From the human T2T-CHM13v2.0 reference genome, Homo sapiens: a stretch of 64,000 bases of DNA. Within the stretch, counting starts at the first letter, position 1; each line of letters begins with the position of its first letter. This document shows positions 27,506 to 41,066 of the stretch, piece by piece. The stretch lies in the NCBI RefSeq assembly GCF_009914755.1, contig NC_060947.1; one strand, 5' to 3'. A program made the position numbers and the translations under genes. Under the pieces are notes generated by a model that was given only the letters and a program-made list of their open reading frames with translations, did not search any database and had not been told where the DNA came from.

Positions 27506-28232
27506 ATACAAATATTTTTCAATGTCATTTCACAAAAGAGACTTGAAAAAAGCTGACTGTAAACTAAGGCAAGCTCAGAAATTACACTGTAAAGGGAATA
27601 TAGATGGAAAGGAAATGCTATCATCACAAAATCCTATTTTTCTTTTCAGTGTACTATAATCATATCAGATTCAAAGAGAAAGGTGTAACTTTTGTTACCT
27701 ATGACAAAGATTATAGGTATAAAACATGTTTATCTTTAAGAAAGTTACAGAAAGTGGAGGAACTTGTGATCTAGGGACGGACTTACCATGTTTGAAAAAT
27801 GGATTTCATGGTAGAATAAATAGGTTTAGCTCTCTCATGCCTTCAAGTTTAGGAGAGCAAGCTCTATGAACTTGAAGGTGACCCACTACTAAAGTAAGTC
27901 CTGTTCATTGAGAACTGGAAGAAACTTGAGGAATAATTTTTATTTTTGCATTGCAGAATAAGCAAGAATACTTTTTATTTAATTTGCATTTCCCTTTTCA
28001 TATAATTTTGAGACTCGTCACCAATATTTTCATTACCTGTTTCTTCCAAACCTGTTTTTCTCCTAAAACTAATACCTCTTCTGATTTTTTAATATTTTCT
28101 GAAAAGTTTAATATATTCTGAATTTGAATATTTATATTTTAACATGATCTTGCACACCTTAAATATTCTTTGGCATACAAAAGTTTTTTTTCATGATTCG
28201 TGAGTGAGTTGTATATATTTATTACTTTATAA

Positions 28233-28464
28233 GAATGATTGTCAATCATCCCTGCCCCCTGCCAAGGGGACATTTGGCAATTCCTGGAGACATTCTTGTT
28301 TGTCACAACTGGAAGGGGGATGTTACTTGTATCTAGTGAGTTCCCACCTGTCATGAAGGGATGGACACCACAGATGCTGATAAACATCCTATAATGCCTA
28401 GGACACCCCCATAACAGAGTCTTGCATCCCCAAATGTGAGTATTACTGATGTTGAGAAATCCTA
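28233..28464 (+). mobile_element. MER20 DNA transposon
   Basis: ggggacatttggcaa...ggagacatt...tgtcacaactgg...gttgagaaatcc; TSD ctttataa/ctttagaa. Confidence 0.85.
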
Positions 28465-29624
28465 CTTTAGAATTTTCTCTGTCTAACTCTCCCTTTACCC
28501 CCATTTGACAGCTGGGGCAAGTCAGACAAACAGTTTTCAGGCTGGGTAGTCTCTATCAATTGGCATCCACACTTACTAGTAATCTGAGGAGACGGGTTAA
28601 GGTATTAAAGAGAAGGCATAGAACTTACTCACCAAGAATCCTACTATGTATAACAACACAACATGTTCTAACATGAAAGAGGCAGGAGACAGTATGGAGG
28701 AAGGATAATTAAGCAAGCATTTTATTGGAGAAATAATATCTAGTTTGGAAAACTGAAGACATGAGTGATTCTGATTAAAAAAATAAATTAGATTATATTA
28801 CAATTCTGTTTAAAGCCCTTCAAAGACTCCACTTTCAATGACTTCTCATTTTCCAAAGTCTTTCTTTCATGCCCAAATCTCAGTGAGTTCCCTCCTGTCA
28901 TTCTCAGAGTCCTATTTGTTTTCCTTGCAGCACTCAATTGGAAGTTATATTTCTTTTTTAAAGTATTGGATACCTCTCTCCTCCAGTAGGCTGGAGGACA
29001 ATGGTAGTATCTATTTTACCTGGCACACAGCACTTTCATCCTCCCCAGTAACTTGGAAGGGTCCTCAGAGGAGGGAGATTTTCTGATGTTATCAAGGAGA
29101 AAACAACAATGTGGGCAAACACATGCAGGTGGACCCTAGAGTGCGCCCACATGGAAAGGTAAGCAGAAATAGGCTCAACTTCATGGCAGAGAATGCTGTT
29201 GTGGGGTCTTATTATTATAATGTCTTGACTGCTAGGTGGAAGAATTTAGACCTAATGAGTAGGTGATCGGGACTGAAGCTCTTCAGCAGCGGTAACACAC
29301 CATGGAAGCTGTTTCTGAAACCTGAAATAATCCCCCATGGAGATTTTATCACTGAGACCTAAACTCAATATATAGAATCTTTGCACATTTTTGTTATGCA
29401 TATCACATCCCTCCTTCAAAACCATATTTTTTCATGCCTTTTAGAAGGTGCATAGTGTATATGAGGAATGTCAACAATGATATTCAACCCCAACCAAGCA
29501 CCTTCCTTCTGGCTTAGTTTGTAGTCACAATATTCTCACAGCCAGTTGTTTTCTGTGGATTGCAATGTGTTTTGGTTTTCCAGAGCCTTTCACTGAAACC
29601 TGAACAGGACAAACATCAGTATCA

Positions 29625-30630
29625 TTAGTAGTTACTTGGGTATATTTACTATATGAGTCATTACTTCAATACCTTTATTATAGTGATTGTTTGGGTACCT
29701 TTACTATAGTGGTTACTTGGGTACCTTTACTATAGTAGTTGTTTCTTCAGTACCTGTACTATAGTGGTTATTTGGGTTCCTCTATTATAGTGGCTACTTG
29801 GGTACCTGTACCATAGTAGTAGTTGCTTGGGTACCTGTACCATAGTAGTAGTTGCTTGGGTACCTTTACCATAGTAATTGTTGCTTGGGTACATTTACTA
29901 TAGCCATTATCTGGGTACCTTTACCATAGTAGTAGTTGCTTGGGCACCTTTGCCATAACAATGGTTACTTGGGCGCCTTTCCCATAGCAATAGTTGCTTG
30001 GGTACCTTTCCCATAGCAATAGTTGCTTGGGTACCTTTACGATAGTAATTGTTATCTGAAGTACCTTTACCATAGTAGTAGTTGCTTGGGTACCTATTCT
30101 ATAGCAACAGTTGCTTGGGTACCTTTGCCATAGTAATAGTTGCCTGGGTATATTTACCATAGTTGTAGTTGCTTGGGTACCTTTATTATAGTAGTGGTTA
30201 CCTGGGTACTTTTACCATAGTATTAGTTGCCCGGGTACCTTTACGATAGTAATAGTTACCTGGGTTCCTTTGCTATAGCAATAGTTGCTTGGATACCTTT
30301 CCCATAGTGATAGTTACCTGGGTATCTTTACCATAGTTGTAGTTGCTTGGGCACCTTTACTATAGTAATAGTTACCTGGGTACTTTTACCATAGTATTCG
30401 TTGCTTAGGTGTCTTACCCATAGCAATAGTTACTTGGGCACCTTTCCCACAGAAATAGTTGCTTGGGTACCTGTACCATAGTAACAGTTACCTGGGCTCC
30501 TTTACCATAGTAATAGTTACCTTGGCACCTTTACCATAGTAATAGTCACTTGGGTATCTTTGCTGTAGTGGTTACCTGGATACCTTTGCCATAGCAACAG
30601 TTGCTTGGATACATTTACTACAGTAGTTAC
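29625..30630. repeat. Minisatellite, 29-bp unit (26-bp variants at the edges), ~35 copies
   Basis: Consensus TTGGGTACCTTTACCATAGTAGTAGTTGC in contiguous tandem copies. Confidence 0.95.
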
Positions 30631-30632
30631 CA

Positions 30633-30950
30633 CCTCTGTTCTGCTGCTTTTCCTAAGACACTTTTTCTGCCTTTTTTTTTCTCTTGCTAATTCCTCCTCA
30701 TTCTCAAAGACTCAGCCCAGTCTTTTGGGGAGCCTTCCTTAATCCTTCAGTTCTGCTCTTCCTGGGGCTCTCTTCTCATTGCCGCTGCACAATCTTGAGG
30801 CTACCATTCCCATTACACACTTGACCTTATATTGCATCTCTGTTCCTGTGGTATCTACTGGGCCCTGTGACTCAGTCATGCAAAAATAATATATTCAACT
30901 CTGAATCTTCATGGCTAGGGATAGCAACTGGTGCATGCTATTGAGTTAAA
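30633..30950 (+). mobile_element. L2 fragment
   Basis: gctaattcctcctcattctcaaagactcagc...ggagccttcctt...gcatgctattgagttaaat. Confidence 0.55.
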
Positions 30951-31709
30951 TAGAGAGAGTGGGAGAGTGAGAGTGTGTTTATGAGAATGCTCTCTTGGAC
31001 TCTCTTCAATGTCTTTGTAGCCTGTGACTCTAATCACCCTGGATTTATTTCATTCCAGCATCAATCCTTTCTACTTGAAAACCAGTAAATATCCTCTTTG
31101 TCTAGATACCAACTGACAGAATGTAGAAGGATTAAGAAGCTGTCTTCTACCAAGCAATGCAAGGAAACCAACCACTGAACTTCTAAAATAGTAATAGAGA
31201 TGCCCCTTCCAGGTGCCATAGAAAATACTATTCTTTACCTACTAATATACGTCTCCAATATGGAAGATTATTTACAAGCTGTCACATTAATAATAAATAA
31301 TATATTTTCATTATTTTCATCCAAATCCTTGAGTTTCAAATTAACAACATTTGAAGGAGACCCGTTTGCACAGATGAAATTTGAATTGTAGATAAAGTGA
31401 CACTCTGGAAGGGTTAGGTCACGTTGTTGCTTTTCAACACTACCAAGATTTAATTTATGTAGTGTCATTGTGAAGAGAGAACCCTAATGGCTTTTTAATT
31501 ATTCTCAACTTCAAAGAGTAAATGAGAGAGAAATCAGTTCCCAGACAAAGGAAGAAAATATTGGAAGCTGAGTAGAGATAATTATGCAGGAATGCCCTAG
31601 TAAAAGTATCTTAGGACGTAGGGGTGTAGAATTCTTTTCTGCACATCAAACCTACACAGTGGAACAGAACTGTATTGTTTGTTCAGTTCCCTATTATCAC
31701 CCCACAGTC

Positions 31710-32548
31710 TTTTTTAAAGAAAATTAATTTTAATTTTTATTTTAAGTTCCGGGGTACATATGCAGGTTTGTTACATAGGTAAACGTGTGCCATGGTGGCT
31801 CGCTGCACGTATCAACCCATCACCTAGGTATTGAGCCCAGCATGCATTAGCTTTTTTCCTAAAGCTCTCCCTCCCTCCACCCTACCCCCTGACATGCCCC
31901 AGGGTGTGTTGTTCCCCTCCCCATGTCCATGTGTTCCCATTCTTCAGGTTCCACTTCTAAGTGAGAACATGTAGTGTTTGGTTTTCTGTTGCTGCGTTAC
32001 TTTGCTGAGATTAATGGCTTCCGGCTCCATCCGTGTCCCTGCAAAGGACATCATCTCATTCCCTTTTAATGGATGCAAAGTATTCCGTGGTATATATGTA
32101 CCACATTTTCTTTATCCAGTCTATCATTGATGGGTATTTGGGTTGATTCCATGTCTTTGCTATTGTGAATATTGCTGCAATGAACATACATATGCATGTA
32201 TCTTTATAATAGAATGATTTATATTCCTTTGGGTATATACCCAGTAATGGGATTGCTGGGTCAAATGGTATTTCTGGTTCTAGATCTTTGAGGAATCGCC
32301 ACATAATCTTCCATGATGGTTGAACTAATTTACAAGACTGTTATGATTTCAGTTCTTTTGCATTTACTGATGAGGGATTTACTTCCAAATATGTGATCAA
32401 TTTTACAGTAAATGCCATGTGGCACCAAGACGAGTGTATATTCTGTTGTTTTGGGGTGGAGAATTCTGTAGATATCGATCAGGTCCATTTGATCCAGAGC
32501 TGAGTTCAAATCCTGAATGTCTTTGTTAATTTTCTGTCTCTATGATTT
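31710..32548 (-). mobile_element. L1PA (PA8-10-like) 3' end joined to an ORF2 endonuclease-region segment (internal deletion)
   Basis: ORF 32056-32304 (WRFLKDLEPEIPFDPAIPLLGIYP) is the ORF2p C-terminus; 32335-32548 is EN-region sequence in the same orientation. Confidence 0.88.
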
Positions 32549-33756
32549 ATCCCTCAGTGTTAAGAGTTGGTGATCATAGCAAGTTATGGAAAATTTGGAA
32601 AGTTATAGTTACATTTTTAGGCAAGCTTATTGGGCTGTGAATTACGATGAAATAGTAGAAGTAATTTGCTATGTCAGTTTATAGGAGCCAGAGATAGAGT
32701 GACTTTCACACAATGGCTTTGGAAAAATCCACAAGTCCAAAATAAGATGCTCTAAACACCATCTGATAATAGAAAAACGTTTTAAACTTATGTCTGTTTG
32801 GGCTCATTGTGGGGAAAAAAAACTTGGCCATTTATTGCTATGTAAGACTGATTGCCCATATAATTTGACCTTTAACTCTAAAAGTGGATGTTGGGGAAAA
32901 TGTGAGTTTCAGAACTAGCTGCTCTTAATACATGATTATTTTTAGTTATAAAGTATAAAGCTTGTTTGAGAGCCCATTTTCTTGGAGAACATGTAAGCTG
33001 TCTGATCACAAACAAAATCATAATATTTCCTAATAACAATAGTTGCCATTTGAGTCTTTGTAGTATGCCAGGGACTGGATATTTGCTTCTAAAGGGGATA
33101 ATCCCCTGAGATATGAGGGATCCAGTTTCCCCCAAGCCCCTGCCCCAGGAAAGTAAGAATAAAGAATTAATGAAAAGCTAAAGAGATAGGTTATAGAAGC
33201 AATAAATGAATAGGTACAATGGAAATGTTGGTATCATTCAGGTGAACACAGGACACAGGAAAAATAGCCTCTCCCGGACAATCCTCACTTCCAGGAAAAA
33301 CTTTTTAAGGAGAGTCTTGGGAAAAAGCAGGCATGTGCATGTTTTTGTTAAGTAAACTGGCATAAACCAAAACATAGTGTGTCAGCCTAAAAAGAGAGAA
33401 AGCAAGTGTGACCACCCGCAGTGTGATAAAGCTATTGTTTTTTAAAGTAAAATATTTCTTGTAGTTCCATATTGCTATTCAAGTGTAAAAGTTCTCAATA
33501 CCAGCCTAGAATGAAGTTATCTGCAGGTCTGTAGACCCCTTTTACGAATTGTATGGAAGTACTTGTTCTCAGACTAGAAGTACTCAATTCTATTCCCTGC
33601 AAATGTCAATTTAGTATCAGTCATGTGGGGAACAGTTTACAGTGTCACAGTTTTCACAGCCTATTTCAGGCTCCAGGGAACAGTTATGCCATGTAAGGAA
33701 ATAACTCATTCTTGGTAAAGGAAAAATTGTAAAGTATTTAGTTAGAATTTTTCTGC

Positions 33757-34087
<331 letters not shown>

Positions 34088-34429
34088 TTATCTCCTTCCA
34101 ACTCCTTCCAATACTTGTGATGTATGTGTGTATATGTGTTTGTGTGCTCATACTTTCTGTCTCAAGTTGTGAACAAGAATTTCATGTAGTTCAATCTTTT
34201 ATCAAAAGCCTAATGTTACTTTTTTTTAAGCCATTAGGCGGGAGTCGTGGGTTTCAAATACAGTAAATAAAACTGCTAGTACTGGAAACTGTCCACATCA
34301 ATGTGCCCTTCAGGTTGCACATAAAACCACCTTGAAAAGCAGAGCTCTTAAACGCTGTGTACAGAAAGCTCGTGTTGTTATGTGTTCAATGCTTCCTAAC
34401 AGATTTCGTTACTAGGCACGATAAGAATA

Positions 34430-34561
34430 TTGAAACCATATTTGTGAAATACAGTTAATTAGCTTGAGTGAACCTTTCTATAATGTATACATAGATCAAA
34501 ACATCACATTGTACCCCATAAGTATACACAATTATTATTTCTTAATTAAAAATACATTAAA
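34430..34561 (+). mobile_element. L1MA 3' terminal fragment
   Basis: gttaattagcttga...atcaaaacatcacattgtaccccataa. Confidence 0.7.
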
Positions 34562-34870
<309 letters not shown>

Positions 34871-35223
34871 TTAAAAAGGAAAATATTTATCTGTTCTGTG
34901 GTTTTTCTTTCATTTTCCTTTAGCATCTTTCTAGTTAGACATCTTTACATTTCTTTTTGTTTGGTAACAGTTTCCATTTTCTGTCATAATTCCTTGAATG
35001 TCCTGTCAAGCAACACATGCCTGCTGAACAGTAACTGTGTAAGAGGCTGTGTTAGGCTGGTGAGTGGCACAAAATTGAGAAAGACCTCACTAAGCTTGGT
35101 CTCTACTGAAAGAGGCAGAAATGTACAAAAATGAACAACTCTACCATTATTAGGCAGATGTTAGGAAAGGCATATGAAAAGGCCAAGAAGTATCAGATCC
35201 TCTGGCTATAAAAATCACTCAGT

Positions 35224-35375
35224 AGCTGGGTGTGGTCGTGCATGCCCATAGTCCCAGCTACTCAGGAGGCTGAGGCTGGAGGACTGTTTGAGCCCAGGAG
35301 TTCAAGGCTGCAGTGAGCTATGGTTGTGCCACTGCACTCCACGCTGGGCAACCAAGTGAGACCCTATTTTTTTTT
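35224..35375 (+). mobile_element. Free right Alu monomer (FRAM-like) or truncated AluJ
   Basis: Single right arm; TSD aaatcactcag/aaatcgctcag. Confidence 0.8.
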
Positions 35376-36139
35376 AAATCGCTCAGAAGGCCGTGAAACC
35401 AATAATCTGTAAACCCAATGGGAAGAAAATGACAGCATTTCATACTGCTAATCAACACAACCATGGCCCTTTACACATCTCTCTAAATCATGTGATAGTC
35501 CACCTACCTAGGGACTGGAAAATGGACAAATGATATTAGTTTTTGAAAAGATGTAAAATGCAAAAGATAGTCAAGGTGGTAGATTTACATGCCAGTGTGG
35601 ATGTTGGGGAAAGCTCTCAGGGATCCAAGAGAATGTTTTCCTCTTGCAGTAAAACGTCAACATAGAGAGCTAGTATCATTTGTTCTCCACCAAACTTCTG
35701 CTCTCATTGAAAACTCAGAACATGAATTTTCCACATTTCTCCCCTAGAATTTCTACATCCTAAATAATGAATGCAGCCAAGAGGAGCATATTCAATGGCA
35801 ATTAATGAGTATCTTTCCATTAAACTTTATTCCATTATTAAATGTTCCAGTTTTATGTCAGTGGATTACATATTATGCATGGCTTATTTGCCATTGCTTT
35901 ATGAGCATTTTATAGGCAAAAGGGAATGGCTGTTATAAAGTAGGTGGGTTTAAGACAGGTCTTTCCCTGTTCTGCCCACCCTCCCATCACATCCCTCCCA
36001 TTTTGGTTCTCTGGAATTAAAATCAATCTTTAGGTGCTACTCACATAATGAGAACTTTGATGTATATGGCTTTCCTCTACAAAGCGACATATGTTCCCAT
36101 TACTGAGATTTCTTCCTCAGTTCCCCGTCTACCTCCCCC

Positions 36140-36380
36140 ATTTATTCAAATTCTATTCATTCTTTAAGGCACCGGGGGCCTTTCTTTGTCAGTCCTGTCT
36201 GCTGTGAGTGCTCTCTTGAGTGCTAAGAGAGTACTTGCTCTTTGAAACTTATTCTGCTCTGTAACTTTTCATGTGTCAATGTGACAATTATACTGTAAGA
36301 TTTTAAGGTGGGTTCTACATCCTATTTATTTTTTTTTTGTATTCTCATAGTTTCCAATAAAATATATATTGTTGATTGAA
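36140..36380 (+). mobile_element. L2 3' fragment
   Basis: aaattctattcattctttaaggc...tactgtaaga...caataaaatatatattgttgattgaat. Confidence 0.5.
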
Positions 36381-36489
36381 TTATAGTCTTCCCCAGTTAT
36401 GGGAAACATAGCTGAACGAGAGGCCCAGAATAAAAATGAAATCTGTACATTTACTTATTTATTATTTTTTGTCTTTTTATAGTTGCTTT

Positions 36490-36602
36490 CTTTTTTTATA
36501 TTTAATTAAATTTAATTGTTTATTTCAATAGATTTTTGGGGAACAGGTGGTGTTTGGTTACATGAGTAAGTTCTTTAGTGATGATTTCTGAGATTCTGGT
36601 GC
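36490..36602 (-). mobile_element. Very short L1PB-like 3' end
   Basis: tttttggggaacaggtggtgtttggttacatgagtaagttctttagtg.tgatttctgagatt. Confidence 0.8.
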
Positions 36603-36751
36603 TTTCTATATTTAGAGATGATATGGCAATTATACACTTTAACAATAGGATTAAAATACAAGTTTCTTATGTTAACCAATGACATTTAATTAATCACTAT
36701 AAGGACATGCATCATTTATGCAATTTCAGATTTGAAATAATACTAGTTTGT

Positions 36752-36787
36752 ATACTTACCTGGCAAGGAAGATACCATGATTATGAA
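36752..36787 (+). pseudogene. RNU1: 3'-truncated (tailless) U1 snRNA retropseudogene, nt 1-36
   Basis: ATACTTACCTGGCAAGGAAGATACCATGATTATGAA vs U1 5' end ATACTTACCTGGCAGGGGAGATACCATGATCACGAA (32/36); flanked by a 19-bp TSD with 2 mismatches. Confidence 0.9.
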
Positions 36788-37128
36788 ATAATAATAGTTT
36801 CTAAAACCAGAATAAGATTACTAATCAGCTAAAAATCAATAATGTAAAGGACATTGATAGAAAACAATTTCTATCATAATTTCAGCCATTTGCAATTAAA
36901 TCTCATTTTATAAATATACAAGGAAAATGGAACACAAAGAATGGTGACTGTTGAATGATATGCAATTCATCCCCATAAACTATTTAAGTCTAAGGTTCAC
37001 ATTCCTATACAGATATAACCCACTGGAAGATATATTACTGAGATTAAAATTCGTTCTCTCCCTTGCCTTATGAAAATAAAGAAGGAATCAAACTCAATTG
37101 TACCTTGAGCATTTAATGACAAATATCA

Positions 37129-37497
<369 letters not shown>

Positions 37498-37899
37498 TGT
37501 GAATTACAGAAACAAAATAAAATGAGAGCATGCCTGAGGAATTGAAGGAATTCATCACAGATCTGTGATTATCCACCAAGATTAAGTATGTTATCAATGG
37601 CCTTCAAAGAACCTTCAGGAAGCATCAACTTTAGATAGTGTTTGACGATGGAGAGAAAATCAGAGTGTGAGATTTTGGAAAAGGGTTAAGAGTGTCAAGG
37701 ATGGCAGGAATGCACACGTGTATCTAAAGAGATGAGAGATAGGATGTGCAGACCCAGAAAAGAAAGAGAAGAAATCAGAATAGTTGGTTACATTTTTGGC
37801 AGGAAAACTTCTTTGCAACACCCTGAAGGTGAGGAAGGAAATTCCAGACCTCAGGCATAGGACCTCTTTCTGTATCTCTTGCTTACATATCAGCTGGGG

Positions 37900-37991
37900 A
37901 TTATGTTGGATTTAGATTCAGTAAACAAGGGTGGGCCTGAGACTGCCTATGCTGATGCTCCTGATCCGTGGACCACAGTTTGAGGAGCAAG
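37900..37991. mobile_element. MER5A fragment
   Basis: gggtgggcctgaga...gctgatgctcctgatccgtggaccacagtttgaggagcaag. Confidence 0.6.
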
Positions 37992-38232
37992 TCATCAGGA
38001 CACTCTCCTACAGTGAGAGGTGATGCTGTGATATTGATCCGTGCAGCCATGAGGATGGCTGATCAGCTCCCCTCTTCCTGGCCAGGAGCAGCCATATTTA
38101 TGGACACCAGTGAGGTACACAATGTGATTATTTTCTATATGAACAGGGGCAAGAAAAGGGTTGGTATTCATACTCTCACACCATGTTAAGGATACTGAGA
38201 AATTTACAAGTTGAGGAAGAGACAAGAAGGGG

Positions 38233-38286
38233 CAAAAACAAACAAACAAACAAACAAACAAAACCCAAACAAACAAACAAAAAAAA
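38233..38286. repeat. (CAAA)n microsatellite
   Basis: Direct reading. Confidence 0.9.
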
Positions 38287-38535
38287 CGAAGAATGGAGAT
38301 GCCGTTACAACTATTTAGAAAATTGAAAGACATATAATTTTGAAAGGGAAGGCTGTTTGTCTACTACAAACTCTCTCATATGTCCTAAGAGGGTAGCTGC
38401 TCCTTGAAACTTATTCTGCTTAATAAATTGACCACATTTTACCATGTGTTGATCACGTTTTCCTTAACTTCCAAGCTGTCATCTTGTTGAGTTTGAGGTA
38501 CAGACTGGAAGTTCAGGCAAAGATATTGAAGGCGG

Positions 38536-39035
38536 TATGGTTGGCAGAATTTTGGCCCCCATGAGTTTTGGCCCTTGGTGTTCCTCCCATGGTTATGTGA
38601 TGGCCCAAGGGAGTCTACAGATGTCATTGAGGTTATCATCAGCTGACCTTAAAAGAGGGAGGTTCTCCTGGCTTATCAGGATGGGACCAATGTAATCAGG
38701 AGTCCTTAGTAGCAGAGAATTTTGCTGGCTGAGGAGAAAGAGATGTGGCACCAGAGACGTCCTACTGAGACCTTGGTCTTAGAACTGTAAGGAACAAACA
38801 CAGTTCTGCACCCACCTCAATGAACCTGGAAGCGGATTCTCCCTCAGAGCCTGGAGATAAGAACCCAGGCTGCTTATCACCTTAATTTTAGCCTTGTGAG
38901 ACTGCCCATGAGCAGAGGAACCTGCTGAGCCCACCCAGATTTCTGACCTATACAAGTATGAGATGATAAATTTGTGTTGTTCTCAGCTGCCCATTTCATG
39001 GCGGTTTGTTACAGCAGCAGTAGAACATGAATACG
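38536..39035 (+). mobile_element. MLT1E-like MaLR LTR
   Basis: ggcagaattttggccccc...cagctgaccttaaaa...ctggaagcggattctccc...acagcagcagtagaacatgaatac. Confidence 0.8.
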
Positions 39036-39744
39036 GTCAGCACCAGAAGGTATAGAACTTGCAATAGAGATGTAGGCGTTACCTGCACAGCTGGACAACA
39101 TATTGAAGTAGGAGAGGGAACATGTGATTTCAGTGGAGCGAGTAAAAGAGGAGAAGAAAGAAAAGGAGCCTTGAGAGGAAAGGAAGGAAGCCAGGTTTCC
39201 AGCTGGCGTTGACCTCACGGAAGGAGAAAAGGATAAAGAAGGTGGAGGGGAGCAAAAGAAAGAGAGAGAGCTGCAGAGGGCCAGTAGATGTGTGGATTTG
39301 CAGGTCGCCTGTGAGCTGTGAGAGCCTGGTTTGGCAGGTAGCGCTAAGACAAAGAACGTTCGAGCGCGAGCTATTCATAGGCAGTGAGATATGAAGATAG
39401 GCAGGCATGGCAGGTCCACTCTCCTTCCCTTTCGAATGGTGTGAGAGTTCCACTAGAGATCTGGAATGGCACATCTGAGGAAGCCAGGGAAAGAGGTCTT
39501 TTTTTTTTTGAGAATGAGAGAAGCTTCCATCTGAATGTAGACCGTGGGAAAACATCTGCAAAGTGGGCTTTGAAGATGCAAGAGAGTGGAGTGAATGGGT
39601 AGAGAAAGACAGTGGAGGAAACCTGGGAGGTGATCAAGGCATTCTGCTGTTATCTCGTCTAGTCTCATTCATTCTGTTTTAGTCCATGGCTAAATAGACT
39701 ATGGACTGACCCACCATCTGCTTTATAAGCTGATATCAAGCTAA

Positions 39745-40421
<677 letters not shown>

Positions 40422-40799
40422 CTTTTAGTTGTAAATAATTGTCCTCAAGCATGTTTTACCATGTATTGACCACACTTCCTTTGCTTGCAAGCCTCTGTGT
40501 CAAGACTCTCAGTCCTTCTTTCTAAGATTCCTTCTTGGTTGCTATTACTCTTCATTTCTGTTTGTGTTCTGCCCAAACAACCCCTCCACATCTCCTTCTT
40601 TCCCATGCTTGGTCTTCAAATATGCCAACAGCATCTGGAGACTTTGTGCTTACCACTTTCTCTGTGTAGGTGGAAAGACACATTGCTCGGTCTTTATTTT
40701 CTTCAATTCTCTTCTCAAACATCCCCTTATTAGAGAGGCTTTCCTTAAATACTCTGTATAAAATGGCAATCCCAAATTCCAGCTAAGACCTTATTATTC

Positions 40800-41034
40800 A
40801 TTCTCTAATCTCTCTATCATCTATCTACTATCTATGTATCCTCTGTCACTATCTTATTATCTATCATCTATCTACCTATCTACGTACCTGTTATCTAGCT
40901 ATTCATCCTATCTGTTCTATCTATCTACCTATATCTATCTATCCATCCTATCTGTCCTATCTATCTATCTATCTATCTACCTATCTACCTACCTACCTAC
41001 CTACCTATTACCTAGCTATCCATCGTATCTGATG

Positions 41035-41066
<32 letters not shown>

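Noticed and set aside
28139-28504. 121-aa ORF
   Set aside because: Overlaps MER20 antisense; no homology recognised.
29625-30630. CRISPR-like array (29-bp repeats with a palindromic core)
   Set aside because: Units are contiguous with no unique spacers, no cas genes, and the context is eukaryotic; it is a minisatellite. ORF 29921-30160 is just its translation.
39009-39668. Cluster of overlapping ORFs up to 143 aa and a small CpG-rich patch (gaacgttcgagcgcgagc)
   Set aside because: Purine-rich, degenerate L2-like sequence with few stops; only two nGAAn units, too weak for a heat-shock element, and too short for a CpG island.
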